50,124 nt of DNA, from positions 1 to 50,124 of the forward strand of contig CAZJOQ010000002.1 in NCBI GenBank assembly GCA_964547625.1, written 5' to 3'. This document shows, piece by piece, positions 1-9,804 of the stretch (positions are counted from its first letter, which is position 1; every line of letters starts with the position of its first letter). The notes under the pieces are model-generated. The model had not been told where the DNA came from and did no database searches. It saw only the letters and a list, made by a program, of their open reading frames with translations. Made by a program: the position numbers and the translations under genes. Origin of the DNA: an uncultured Nitrospira sp. Lineage in GTDB: Bacteria > Nitrospirota > Nitrospiria > Nitrospirales > Nitrospiraceae.

Positions 1-906
1 GAGGAGTTTCGCTTCGGTCCGGCAGAAACCTACGACGTCATTGTCCAGCCGAATGTCGATCAGGCCTATACGATCTTCGCCGAGACGATGGATCGGAGTG
101 GCTATGCTCGTGGGACACTTGCGCCTCGGCTCGCGATGGAAGGGCAGATTCCTGAGCGCCGTGTCCGTCCGCTTCGCACGATGGAAGACATGGGAATGAG
201 GGATCATGACAAAGACCATGGAGGCCATCCCACGGAGCCGGCTCAAGAGTCTCTTCATGGCGAGGCAGGTGGTCACGAGATGACCCATGAGAAGGCCATC
301 CATGAGGTGCCGAGGGATCAGATGACATTTCCTCACCAATCACTGATTCCGGGTGCCATGCCGGTCAGGCATGGTCCTGATCACCACGGCACCGGCAATC
401 AAACGATCGCCGAGTATTCTCAAAACAGAATGCACGGTCCGGGCAAGGGATTTGAACAGGACTCTCGGCATATCCTCGTCTACACCGACTTGAAAAGCCT
501 CGGTCCTTATCCAGACCAGCGAGCCCCGGAGCGAGAGATCGAGCTCCATCTCACTGGCCACATGCAACGCTACATGTGGTCGTTCGACGGCAAGAAGTAC
601 TCGGATGCACCGGAACCCATTCGTGTTCGCTACGGCGAGGGCCTGCGGATGACGTCCGTCAACGATACGATGATGGAACATCCTCTCCACCTGCATGGGA
701 TGTGGATGTACCTCGAAAACGGTTCAGGGGCGTACCTTCCACGGAAGCATACCGTCGTGGTTAAACCAGCTGAACGGTTGTCCGTCTTGATCAGCCCCGA
801 TGCCCCTGGGCCTTGGGCCTTCCACTGCCATCTTCTTTTACACATGGAAGCAGGCATGTTTCGCGTCGTTGAGGTCTTTACAGAACGAATGGGAATGCGC
901 CTGTGA
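1..906 (+). CDS. copA: CopA-family copper-resistance multicopper oxidase (5' partial)
   Basis: Frame is open from base 1 (EEFRFGPAETYDVIVQP). Has a His/Met-rich linker and the C-terminal Cu motifs HPLHLHG and HCHLLLHMEAGM. Followed by copB. Confidence 0.93.
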   Translation, partial: EEFRFGPAETYDVIVQPNVDQAYTIFAETMDRSGYARGTLAPRLAMEGQIPERRVRPLRTMEDMGMRDHDKDHGGHPTEPAQESLHGEAGGHEMTHEKAIHEVPRDQMTFPHQSLIPGAMPVRHGPDHHGTGNQTIAEYSQNRMHGPGKGFEQDSRHILVYTDLKSLGPYPDQRAPEREIELHLTGHMQRYMWSFDGKKYSDAPEPIRVRYGEGLRMTSVNDTMMEHPLHLHGMWMYLENGSGAYLPRKHTVVVKPAERLSVLISPDAPGPWAFHCHLLLHMEAGMFRVVEVFTERMGMRL

Positions 907-1772
907 ATGCGGTGCTCAGGACCTGCTATGTGACGGTCTCAGTTTGCGTGCTGATCGTTATCGGTGCTACAGGTGCCTGGGGCGAATTCCCGAAAGCGGG
1001 CAAGGCCACCGTTTCAGAAAGCGTCTCCCTGGTCGACCATGTGGCCCAGCGAGACCAGACTCATCCCAATCTCGTTCCGCAACCAGACTGGCCCAACCCC
1101 GTCAATGACCGAGAACATCGTCTTTTCACGTTGGTCGACGTCCTCGAATATCGTCCTCGCACCGGCGGCGGCGGCGGAAGCAACAGTGACTACCGATGGG
1201 ACATCGAAGGTTGGTACGGTGGAGATTACAACCGACTCTGGTTCAAGAGTGAGGGGCAGCAGAATACTGCATTCAAAGCAGACTACGATGTGGACCTCCA
1301 GCTGCTCTATGGTCGGTTTCTTTGGAAGTATTACGATATCCAAGTGGGCGGCCGAATGGAAACTCAGTCCTTTCGTGGAGGCAACGTAACGCGGGGGCTG
1401 GCCGTGGTCGGTCTTCAAGGGATAGTGCCGTACAACTATGAGTTTGAATCGGCGGTATTCATTGATCAGAGCGGCGCCGTCTCCGCTCGCCTCTCGTACA
1501 CGAAGGATTTCTTGCTGACCCAGCGACTGGTCTTACAAGGCCGTTTTCAAACAAATTTGGCGATCCAGCGGGTGGAAGAGTTTACAACGGGCTCAGGGCT
1601 GAACAATCTGGAGTTTGGGACTCGCCTGCGCTACGAGATACGGCGGGAGTTCGCTCCTTATATTGGGCTGTCGTTCGACCGAAGCTTCAGCGAGACTGCC
1701 ACACTGGTACGCCGGCAAGGTGGAGATCCGAGTCAGATCCGATTCGTGGTTGGCCTGAGGGCATGGTTCTGA
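903..1772 (+). CDS. copB: Copper resistance protein B (outer membrane)
   Basis: Motifs WDIEGWYGGDYNRLWFKSEG and RLRYEIRREFAPYIG, terminal WF. GTGA overlap with the copA stop. Confidence 0.93.
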   Translation: MNAVLRTCYVTVSVCVLIVIGATGAWGEFPKAGKATVSESVSLVDHVAQRDQTHPNLVPQPDWPNPVNDREHRLFTLVDVLEYRPRTGGGGGSNSDYRWDIEGWYGGDYNRLWFKSEGQQNTAFKADYDVDLQLLYGRFLWKYYDIQVGGRMETQSFRGGNVTRGLAVVGLQGIVPYNYEFESAVFIDQSGAVSARLSYTKDFLLTQRLVLQGRFQTNLAIQRVEEFTTGSGLNNLEFGTRLRYEIRREFAPYIGLSFDRSFSETATLVRRQGGDPSQIRFVVGLRAWF

Positions 1773-1889
1773 TCGTTGCGGCCCGTTACGAAATGGTCTG
1801 CTAGGCGATAAGAGCATGGAGGCGCTGCCGACTCCTAGCATCGTGACAGGCATGATGGTGAATCGACTTCTCCACCCTGGTTTGAGACT

Positions 1890-3089
1890 GTGATGCCGTC
1901 ACAGAAGAAGCCTCCACAAAGCCATATCCCGTCCGGCGTCTGGGTGCTGGGCTTTGTCAGCATGCTGATGGACATCTCATCGGAAATGATCCATAGCTTG
2001 CTGCCGTTGTTCATGGTCACAACTCTTGGTGCAGGCGCCGTCGCCGTCGGCCTTGTCGAAGGGTTGGCTGAATCTCTTGCTCTGGTTGTGAAGGTATTTT
2101 CCGGCACGCTGAGCGACTATCTTGGACGGCGTAAGGGGCTAGCCGTGTTTGGCTATGCCTTGGGCGCACTGACCAAACCCCTCTTTGCGCTTGCCTCAGG
2201 GGTTGGCATGGTATTAACGGCACGATTATTGGATCGGGTTGGAAAGGGTGTGCGTGGCGCACCGCGCGATGCGTTGGTGGCGGACATCGCGCCGCCGCAC
2301 CTCCGAGGAGCAGCGTTCGGCTTGCGGCAGTCGCTGGATACTGTCGGCGCGTTCATTGGTCCACTGGTTGCCGTTGGGTTAATGCTTCTTTGGGCCAATG
2401 ACTTTCGGGCAGTCTTCTGGGTGGCCGTCATTCCAGGGGTGATGGCCGTGGTGCTGCTGGTTTTCGGCGTTCGAGAGGCTGTGCGCCGTCAAACTGAGGC
2501 AAGGACAAACCCGATTCGAAGAGATAATCTCCGGCGATTCAATTCCGCCTATTGGTGGGTGGTGGGAATCGGGTCGGTGTTCACGCTGGCACGGTTCAGC
2601 GAGGCTTTTCTTGTCCTCCGCGCCCAGCAAGGGGGCATGCTCATCGCGCTTGTGCCTTTGATCATGGTTGCAATGAATCTGGTCTATGCAGTATCGGCGT
2701 ATCCGTTCGGCAAACTCTCCGATACGATGAGCCATACGAAGCTGCTGGTAGTAGGCCTGATCGTCCTGATCGCCGCCGACGTGGTTCTGGCTATTAGTGA
2801 TCACTGGGCTATTGTCATAGTGGGAGTGATCTTGTGGGGCCTACATATGGGGATGACGCAAGGCTTGCTGGCGGCCATGATCGCCGGTGCCTCGCCAGCA
2901 GATCTACGCGGGACAGCCTACGGCTTCTTCAACTTGGCCTGCGGGGTGGCTCTGCTTATCGCAAGTGTACTTGCGGGTATCGTCTGGGAACAATTCGGCG
3001 CGCCGTTCACATTCTGTGTGGGAGCCACGTTTGGCGTTTGTGCAATCGCGCTGATTGCCGTGAAAGCAGGTCTGCCTTCAAGTGTTTGA
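1890..3089 (+). CDS. MFS transporter
   Basis: About 12 hydrophobic segments; motif A-like GTLSDYLGRRK; DRVGKGVRGAPRDAL. Confidence 0.9.
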   Translation: MMPSQKKPPQSHIPSGVWVLGFVSMLMDISSEMIHSLLPLFMVTTLGAGAVAVGLVEGLAESLALVVKVFSGTLSDYLGRRKGLAVFGYALGALTKPLFALASGVGMVLTARLLDRVGKGVRGAPRDALVADIAPPHLRGAAFGLRQSLDTVGAFIGPLVAVGLMLLWANDFRAVFWVAVIPGVMAVVLLVFGVREAVRRQTEARTNPIRRDNLRRFNSAYWWVVGIGSVFTLARFSEAFLVLRAQQGGMLIALVPLIMVAMNLVYAVSAYPFGKLSDTMSHTKLLVVGLIVLIAADVVLAISDHWAIVIVGVILWGLHMGMTQGLLAAMIAGASPADLRGTAYGFFNLACGVALLIASVLAGIVWEQFGAPFTFCVGATFGVCAIALIAVKAGLPSSV

Positions 3090-3147
3090 GTCCAGTCCCA
3101 ATAGAGGTTTCCACAGCCGCAGCTAATACCATCAGAAGGATACAAGT

Positions 3148-3663
3148 ATGTCTATCTTTGGCTCATTAGGACTGTTTGTTCTCGCCGGCCTGTGTGAAAT
3201 TGGAGGTGGGTATCTTGTGTGGCTCTGGTTTCGCGAGGGACGGCCGTTTGCATACGGAATTGTGGGAGCAATCATTCTCGTGCTCTACGGCATCCTCCCA
3301 ACATTTCAACCGGCACACTTTGGGCGTGTCTATGCTGCATACGGTGGAATGTTTATCGTGCTGTCCTTACTTTGGGGTTGGGGTATCGATGGCGTGCGCC
3401 CGGACCGCTATGACACGATGGGAGCTTTACTCTGTTTGGGCGGCATGATGGTCATCATGTATGCTCCGAGGGCATGCGTAAGAAATAGCACCCCAGTCCT
3501 TTCGAAGATGCTTCGGCTGCGGGAACAGCCTTGCCCGCAGTTCGCGAATTCTGATCAGGAATCGCTCCAACTCATCCGACTCGACACTGCTCGCCTTTTC
3601 GGTCGCACAGCTTCCATCGTTGGGCGCTTGGGCTCAAGCGCTCGGGTTTCTGTGTCCTCTTGA
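3148..3663 (+). CDS. ynfA: YnfA (UPF0060) family small membrane protein with a non-conserved C-terminal extension
   Basis: Motifs [15 protein letters not shown] and [19 protein letters not shown]. The family-typical end MYAPR is at about aa 108, but the ORF continues about 60 aa further. Confidence 0.85.
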   Translation: MSIFGSLGLFVLAGLCEIGGGYLVWLWFREGRPFAYGIVGAIILVLYGILPTFQPAHFGRVYAAYGGMFIVLSLLWGWGIDGVRPDRYDTMGALLCLGGMMVIMYAPRACVRNSTPVLSKMLRLREQPCPQFANSDQESLQLIRLDTARLFGRTASIVGRLGSSARVSVSS

Positions 3664-3692
3664 CTCCGTACTATGGTACAGGGTGTATCAGT
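3660..3692 (+). promoter_or_regulatory. MerR-type promoter/operator
   Basis: TTGACT -35 followed by the dyad CCGTAC-tatg-GTACAG, nearly the Tn501/Tn21 mer operator CCGTAC-atga-GTACGG. An elongated 19-20 bp spacer leads to a weak -10 (TATCAG). Confidence 0.85.
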
Positions 3693-3708
3693 AACCAGTG
3701 AGGGAGAT

Positions 3709-4152
3709 ATGACGACAGCCTGGAAGATCGGGCAACTTGCGAAAGATGTTGGAGTGAATATCGAAACGATTCGATATTACGAGCGATTGAAGCTGCTTGG
3801 CCCGACGTCACGACTGCCGTCTGGTTACAGACTGTACGACACAGATTCACGGCGGCGGCTTCGGTTCATCAAGAATGCTCAAGCGTTGGGCTTCACGCTC
3901 CATGAGATCGAGGAGCTCCTCGATCTTCGAGTCAGTTCAAAGGCCCGGTGCGGCGACGTACAGCGGAGAGCGGAGGCCAAGCTCCGGCACGTGGAGGCCA
4001 AAGTGCGGGATCTGCAAGCGCTTGCGCGATCGCTGCGGAATCTGATTCGGACCTGCCGGGCCGGGCAGCCGATGGATCGTTGTCCGATTCTGCAGAGTTT
4101 GGAGAAGACGGAACGGAAGAAGAGCCCTAGCAACGGACACACGAGGCGTTGA
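3709..4152 (+). CDS. merR: MerR-family heavy-metal-responsive transcriptional regulator
   Basis: HTH IGQLAKDVGVNIETIRYYER; three Cys at MerR-equivalent positions (ARCGDV, RTC...DRCPIL). ATG 3709 follows the RBS AGGGAG. Confidence 0.85.
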   Translation: MTTAWKIGQLAKDVGVNIETIRYYERLKLLGPTSRLPSGYRLYDTDSRRRLRFIKNAQALGFTLHEIEELLDLRVSSKARCGDVQRRAEAKLRHVEAKVRDLQALARSLRNLIRTCRAGQPMDRCPILQSLEKTERKKSPSNGHTRR

Positions 4153-4174
4153 GCTATTGAGACGAGGAGAGCGG

Positions 4175-5074
4175 ATGAGTACCTGCTGTAAGACGCTCGG
4201 AGAACCTAAGAGACAAGGAGATCGATTGCTATGTCCCCACTGCAGACGCGAAGGCCGGCCAGTCGATCGGACCACCGTTCAGGCTCTGCTCAAACCCGAG
4301 TCGCTGAGTCAGGTGAATGGCACCGAGTATGCGTTCTGTGGGACTCCACATTGCCCGGTCGTGTACTACGCCGCCGATGGAACTGAGTTCAAGAAGAACC
4401 AGGTCCGGGTGCGGGTTGGACTAAAGGAGACGGAGGATCCGCTTCTGGTCTGTTATTGCTTCGGCGTGACGGAGCGCATGATCCGCGAGGACGTTCAGCG
4501 CACCGGACGATCCTCGGCCTCGGCCCGCATTCGAGCCGAGGTCAACGCAGGGAATTGCCGCTGTGAGGTGGAGAATCCGGCTGGTCGGTGCTGCGTGGGG
4601 GAGGTCATTCAGGCGGAGAAGCGGGCAGCGGTCGAGAGCACAGGGAACGTCACGCCGTCGCCCGTTCCCGCGGTGTCGTCATCCGGCACAACAGTGCCTC
4701 GACTTGAGCTAAAGAAAACTGCGGTGGCGGCGAGCACAGCCGGAGGGCTGCTGGCCGCGTTCCTCGCGTCGATCTGCTGCATCGGACCAGTCATCTTTGC
4801 CGCATTGGGTGTGGGAGTTGGGGCCACAGGGTTTCTGGCCGACACAGCGGGATTCCTCAAAGTGCTCTTGCCCTATCGGCCTCTGTTTATCGGGCTGACG
4901 GTGCTCTTCCTTGGTGTCGGCTTCTACTTGGCATATCGGAATGCCTCATCCCCTTGTGGAACCGAGGGGGTATGCACTGCTCGATCGGCGAAAGGTGCGA
5001 GTCGGAAATTGCTGTGGATGATGGCGACGTTAGCGTTGATGTTGATCTTGGCCCCTTATTGGTTAACATTGTGA
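4175..5074 (+). CDS. Fusion of a CopZ N-terminal-like Zn/[2Fe-2S] (BFD-like) domain and a MerT-type metal transporter
   Basis: N-terminus: CPHC, FCGTPHCPVVYY, VCYCFG, CRCEVENPAGRCC. C-terminus: ASICCIGP in TM1, PYRPLFIG, CGTEGVC loop, three TMs. ATG 4175 follows GAGGAG. Confidence 0.8.
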   Translation: MSTCCKTLGEPKRQGDRLLCPHCRREGRPVDRTTVQALLKPESLSQVNGTEYAFCGTPHCPVVYYAADGTEFKKNQVRVRVGLKETEDPLLVCYCFGVTERMIREDVQRTGRSSASARIRAEVNAGNCRCEVENPAGRCCVGEVIQAEKRAAVESTGNVTPSPVPAVSSSGTTVPRLELKKTAVAASTAGGLLAAFLASICCIGPVIFAALGVGVGATGFLADTAGFLKVLLPYRPLFIGLTVLFLGVGFYLAYRNASSPCGTEGVCTARSAKGASRKLLWMMATLALMLILAPYWLTL

Positions 5075-5098
5075 ATGCTGAATGAGAGGTGATCAGTC

Positions 5099-5455
5099 AT
5101 GTGGCGATGGGTCGGACGAAGTTTCCTTCTCAGTGTGTCGATGCTCGGGATGTTTGCGCTCTCTAGTCTTGCCGGTGAGCCGCCGAGAATCCAGACGGTG
5201 ACCTTGCAAATAGAAGGCATGACCTGCGGGTCCTGTGTCAAAGACGTGAGGACGTTGCTTGCTAAGGTGCCCGGTGTCAGCTCGGTCGAGATTACAGTAG
5301 GGAAGAAATTTGGCGTCTTCTCCGATTACGCGGACGCCCGCGCGTCAGTAACCTTCAATATGGAGAAAGCGGAAGTCCAGGCCTTGATCAAGGCCGTGGA
5401 AGCGGCAAGCAACCCGTTGTCGGCTTACAAGGCGCGGGTGATCGAAAAGAGGTGA
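5099..5455 (+). CDS. Periplasmic heavy-metal-associated (HMA) domain protein, MerP-like
   Basis: Signal peptide followed by IEGMTCGSCV. Confidence 0.85.
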   Translation: MWRWVGRSFLLSVSMLGMFALSSLAGEPPRIQTVTLQIEGMTCGSCVKDVRTLLAKVPGVSSVEITVGKKFGVFSDYADARASVTFNMEKAEVQALIKAVEAASNPLSAYKARVIEKR

Positions 5456-5537
5456 GAGGAAAGTGCAGCGGGGACGCGGAGGTCAAAGAGTGAACGTAAT
5501 ATGGCGGGCATAGGCTTTTGTCAGTATTAAACTCTGC

Positions 5538-6203
5538 TCAGCGCATGATCTGCAGTTTCAGATCATCAAAATAGGTGACGGCATCGGATTTGGTCCAGAG
5601 TCCGACTCGGCCGGTTGTGAGCGTCTCATCACACAAATCAAACACTTGCTTGTCATCAAAGAAAACTTGAACTTGGCATCCGTTCGTCATAACGCGGAGG
5701 GTATGCCACCGGCGGACATCAATGATGTGGTCGAAGTTCTCGAGCATCTGCCGGACACCCTTCACGACCCGATAGATCCGAATATTCTGTTCCAGCGGAT
5801 TGGCCCTCGCCAAGTAATAGTTGCGGTCGTCTGTGGCCCGCCAGATCAGGCCGCCTCCCATATCGGCTTTGCCATCGATCGGTAAAAACGAGACTGCGAG
5901 CTCGATGTCTGACGACTCGGTGTTATCGATGAGCACGGTCTTATACGCATGCTCCGCGCCCTTTGCCGTGAGCTGTCCCAGCACGTGGGGAGGACTCTTA
6001 GCGCGATCGGTTTCAAGCACCTTCCATTCCCCGGCAGGCCGCCCGTCAAACAAAGTGCCCACCTGGAACTCAGCGGGAAGCGTCTTGGGTGCATCATCGT
6101 TAAAGGTCCACACGTGGATCGTGCTCTCAAGGCCGTGCCCAACCGTCGGCGCAGCTATCGCCATGGCGGTCAGCAAGACAATTCGTTGGAGCGCTGTCCC
6201 CAT
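5538..6203 (-). CDS. Secreted beta-sandwich protein (DUF1080/concanavalin A-like)
   Basis: Signal peptide; motifs GGGLIWRA.D..NYY, WHTLRV and GRVGLWTKSDAVTYFDDL. Confidence 0.7.
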   Translation of the reverse strand: MGTALQRIVLLTAMAIAAPTVGHGLESTIHVWTFNDDAPKTLPAEFQVGTLFDGRPAGEWKVLETDRAKSPPHVLGQLTAKGAEHAYKTVLIDNTESSDIELAVSFLPIDGKADMGGGLIWRATDDRNYYLARANPLEQNIRIYRVVKGVRQMLENFDHIIDVRRWHTLRVMTNGCQVQVFFDDKQVFDLCDETLTTGRVGLWTKSDAVTYFDDLKLQIMR

Positions 6204-6206
6204 GGT

Positions 6207-6947
6207 CTATCTCCAGGTCACTTCTTCCCAACAGAGATGGACGAACGTTTCAAATGGGGGGAAATTGTTCGTGTTTTGTTCCTTGGACCGTACCCATAGA
6301 TCGATCTCCATAGCAGCGGGATCGGTTTCGCCGCCGGGCAAGGTGCGTTTCACGGGGTATCGAACCTCATGGGTCTTGGGGTCGCGAGAACGCTCCATGA
6401 CCATGAAGTGCGCGTCGTAGTCTTTGTAAAGCACCTCGTCATTCTTATACATCGTCGCAGTGCCCCAGCCACCCAAGTACAACCAAGTTTTGGGATATAG
6501 CGGATCGCCGTTATTGGAATCGCCGTGCTCATAGATTCTGGTCGCAATCCCACCATCCTGAAACGGAGCTTTCGCTGCAAACCGATCAAAGACAATCCGA
6601 TACCGGACAGTACCTTCGACGAAGTCGGCCACCACCCGCCCGGTATTGGTGAGTTCGTTCACCTCGATGTCGATTGTCCCCTTCACAGAGTTTAGGCGCT
6701 TGCCCGCATAGTCCAGATGATCCCAGGGCGCCGTATCGCTCATACTTCCGATGAGGAAGGCGCGATCACCCTTGAGTCGGAATTCTCCGCTATAAAAGGG
6801 GTGCTCAGGCGCTCTGAAAATCCTGGTGCCTTCATCTCCCTTAGGGGTCCCAAACTTACTGTCTTCGGCATTCCCCAGAGAGACAAGAATTCCTGAAGCC
6901 GTTGTGAGTAGGATAAGAGCGAGGAAGGTCGCGAGATGTGTCATCAT
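6207..6947 (-). CDS. Hypothetical secreted protein
   Basis: 246 aa ORF with an N-terminal signal peptide, 3 bp upstream of the next minus-strand gene. Confidence 0.7.
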   Translation of the reverse strand: MMTHLATFLALILLTTASGILVSLGNAEDSKFGTPKGDEGTRIFRAPEHPFYSGEFRLKGDRAFLIGSMSDTAPWDHLDYAGKRLNSVKGTIDIEVNELTNTGRVVADFVEGTVRYRIVFDRFAAKAPFQDGGIATRIYEHGDSNNGDPLYPKTWLYLGGWGTATMYKNDEVLYKDYDAHFMVMERSRDPKTHEVRYPVKRTLPGGETDPAAMEIDLWVRSKEQNTNNFPPFETFVHLCWEEVTWR

Positions 6948-7245
6948 GTTACCCTTTGGCTATGGAAGCCCTTCGTCCAGGAATGGATGAAGGAAGCTGC
7001 AGTCATACACGATCGTAACATACGAGTATGCTTGCCGACCAACTTGGCGCGACGGGGAGGAATCGGACAGGGTTGGGGCTATGGCCGGTACGGTCACACG
7101 CTAACTGATAGGGGCACCATCCTACCCGCTGAAGGCAGGTGAGTGTGCGAGAAAGCGAGTGTCTGCTCGACGTAGCATACGTCATATCGAATTATGAATG
7201 CGTGTGATTGGGTCCGCGTGGTAGGCTCGGGCGCATAGTAAAATA

Positions 7246-8676
7246 ATGACAAACCGTAGGAGAAACCCTCTCGTGAAGCTTTGTAGGCTCAGCGTCATCG
7301 TGTGGGGAATCGTTGGCTGTTTGACGGTTCCGATTTCAGGCTTGGCCGCGACCCAACAAGTTCCGAAGGCAAGCGGCCAGGATTTGCAACGCCAAGTTCG
7401 AGACACCGCTCATAAGGTCATTCCAGCAGTCGTGAGTATCGCATCAACCGTAATGGTGCGTGATCAAGCCTTCAGCGATGAAGCCCTGCCGTTCGGCCTG
7501 TTCAAAGAGCCGCCGACTCGTCGGCAATATGGGCAGGGGTCCGGAGTGATTGTGTCTCCGGATGGCTACATCGTGACCAATAATCATGTCGTCGCCGATG
7601 CTGTCGACGTGGAGGTGGTCCTCGCAGATCGCCGCCAATACAAGGGAAGAGTAGTCGCCACCGATCCGAAGACCGACGTCGCGGTGGTCAAGATTCAGGC
7701 CACGAAACTTCCCACTGCCGCATGGGGTGATTCGAGCCAACTGGCCGTGGGCGACTTCGTGCTGGCCATCGGCAATCCGCTGGGATTAAGCCGCACGGTC
7801 ACGTTCGGCATCGTGAGCGCGGTCGGTCGCGCGGATGTGGGCGTGGCGGACTTCGAAGATTTTATTCAAACGGATGCGCCGATCAATCCTGGGAATTCAG
7901 GCGGCGCGCTCGTCAACATCCAGGGCGAGCTCGTTGGAATCAATACGGCGATCGCGAGTCCGACCGGCGGAAGTGTGGGTGTCGGATTTGCCATACCCAG
8001 TAACATGGCTCGTGCCGCCATGCAGAGCCTCATCAAGACGGGTCGCGTGGTGCGTGGGTTCCTGGGTGCTTCGACGCAAGATGTGAGCCCTCCACTGGGG
8101 AAAATTTTCCATCTGCCGGACGTCAAGGGGGCGATCGTCACAGATGTGCAAGCGAAGGGATCTGCCGAGCGAGCCGGTCTGAAACGAAGCGATGTTGTGG
8201 TGCGGTTCGACGGCCAAGACGTTATGGATAGCGGCCATTTGCGGAATCTGGTGGCGCAAGCGTCAATCGGCAGCAAGCATCGCCTGGATCTCATCCGAGA
8301 TGAAAAACTGTATCAAGCTGAGCTGGTGATTCAGGAAGCCCCGCGTGAGCGGACGAAGAAGGCTCAGCCAGCCTCAACTGCGTCCACCGTTCATCCACTT
8401 GCTGGCGTGGTCTTCGATGATGTGACTCCGCCGTTGGCGCGCCAGATGGATTTGCCGGTGAACAATGGGGTTGTTGTGACGGATCTGGAAGAAGGCAGCC
8501 TTGCTGAAGCCTCTGGCCTGCAGCCTGGGGACGTCGTGTTGGAACTCAACCGGCAATATGTTCCGAATTTTTCGACCTTTCAGCGCCTGGCCGACCCACT
8601 GAAACCCACCGACCTCGCCCTTCTGCTCGTGAACCGCCAGGGGAATATTATGTATATCCCAATTCAGGGGGAATAG
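7246..8676 (+). CDS. Do/DegP/DegQ family periplasmic serine endoprotease with two PDZ domains
   Basis: Catalytic triad motifs TNNHVV, TDVAVV and QTDAPINPGNSGGAL; two C-terminal PDZ domains. Confidence 0.95.
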   Translation: MTNRRRNPLVKLCRLSVIVWGIVGCLTVPISGLAATQQVPKASGQDLQRQVRDTAHKVIPAVVSIASTVMVRDQAFSDEALPFGLFKEPPTRRQYGQGSGVIVSPDGYIVTNNHVVADAVDVEVVLADRRQYKGRVVATDPKTDVAVVKIQATKLPTAAWGDSSQLAVGDFVLAIGNPLGLSRTVTFGIVSAVGRADVGVADFEDFIQTDAPINPGNSGGALVNIQGELVGINTAIASPTGGSVGVGFAIPSNMARAAMQSLIKTGRVVRGFLGASTQDVSPPLGKIFHLPDVKGAIVTDVQAKGSAERAGLKRSDVVVRFDGQDVMDSGHLRNLVAQASIGSKHRLDLIRDEKLYQAELVIQEAPRERTKKAQPASTASTVHPLAGVVFDDVTPPLARQMDLPVNNGVVVTDLEEGSLAEASGLQPGDVVLELNRQYVPNFSTFQRLADPLKPTDLALLLVNRQGNIMYIPIQGE

Positions 8677-8792
8677 GTTTTACTCTGAGATTCTTGCGCA
8701 AGGCATAGACCCGCCAGTTCTAGAGCTGTAGAATGCTTCCGTTTCTCTGTCGCACGCAGCGTGTAAAATAGATCATCTTTCTTGTATGTGGG

Positions 8793-9677
8793 GTGAGGTC
8801 GTTGAGATCCACACAACCGGCCAGTTCACTCATCAAACCGCATCTGAAGAATATATCTGGAAGCGGCACGGTACTTGACGGCATCGTTGTCGAACGCGAT
8901 ATAGAGCAGCCCAATTCCGGTATCTATCGCCCGGGCAAGCAGCCTCCCAGACATATTGTCGTTCTTCATTCAGGTGTTCCTGCAACACTCAGGTGGCGGT
9001 TTAACGGTCGATCCCACGAGGCATTCTTCTCGGGCGGTGAAGCTATCATTAATCCAGCCGGGTTGTTCGTTGCGCCCCGTTGGAGTGAGGCTGTCGAATT
9101 GTTATTGATGGCGATTCAACCTCGCTTCATGAATCGCATTGCGAGGGAGATGGGCGCGAGTGGGTCAGTGGAGTTGGTGCCACGATTTCATTTTCGGGAT
9201 GGGTTGCTGGAACAGCTCGTGCGAGCGTTAGTGATGGAGTTCGAACAGTCCGAGCTGCCTGATTGTGTTTACGCCGACTCACTCGTCCATACGCTGATTG
9301 CTCATCTTATTAAGAAATATTCCAAGACGCGCATGCGACCGCAGCTCTTTCGACACGGCCTGCCCCACAAGAGCTTGGCACGCGTGGTTGAGTTTATCGA
9401 CGCTCATCTGAATGACAACCTGAGTCTCAGGGGGATTGCAGATGTAGCTGGTATGAGCCCATCGTATTTCTTAACCATGTTTAAGCGGTCGGTTGGCCTC
9501 GCACCCCACCAATACCTGATCAGCAAGCGCATCGAGCGGGCGAGAATGTTATTAACCGAGACCCGACTGCCCATCGTAGATATTGCCACTCAGGCTGGAT
9601 TTGCTGACCAAAGTCATCTCACTCGGATGATGAGACGATATACCGGGCTGACGCCACGCCGTATACGAAGCATGTGA
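8793..9677 (+). CDS. AraC-family transcriptional regulator
   Basis: C-terminal double HTH (LRGIADVAGMSPSYF; IATQAGFADQSHLTR..RRYTGLTP). Confidence 0.92.
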   Translation: MRSLRSTQPASSLIKPHLKNISGSGTVLDGIVVERDIEQPNSGIYRPGKQPPRHIVVLHSGVPATLRWRFNGRSHEAFFSGGEAIINPAGLFVAPRWSEAVELLLMAIQPRFMNRIAREMGASGSVELVPRFHFRDGLLEQLVRALVMEFEQSELPDCVYADSLVHTLIAHLIKKYSKTRMRPQLFRHGLPHKSLARVVEFIDAHLNDNLSLRGIADVAGMSPSYFLTMFKRSVGLAPHQYLISKRIERARMLLTETRLPIVDIATQAGFADQSHLTRMMRRYTGLTPRRIRSM

Positions 9678-9804
9678 GCTGAACCAATCCGAAGAACATT
9701 CCAGCTGAAAGTATTTCGTTCAAGATCTGGACCTCGATCATTCGTAAACTCGAAACCAGTGCTCCGTCATGGGGATGGGGTGTTGGTTTACACAGGAGGA
9801 CGTT

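Noticed and set aside
1162-1180. (GGC)n run in copB as a phase-variation tract
   Set aside because: It is a short in-frame triplet run encoding a Gly loop, so slippage would not switch expression.
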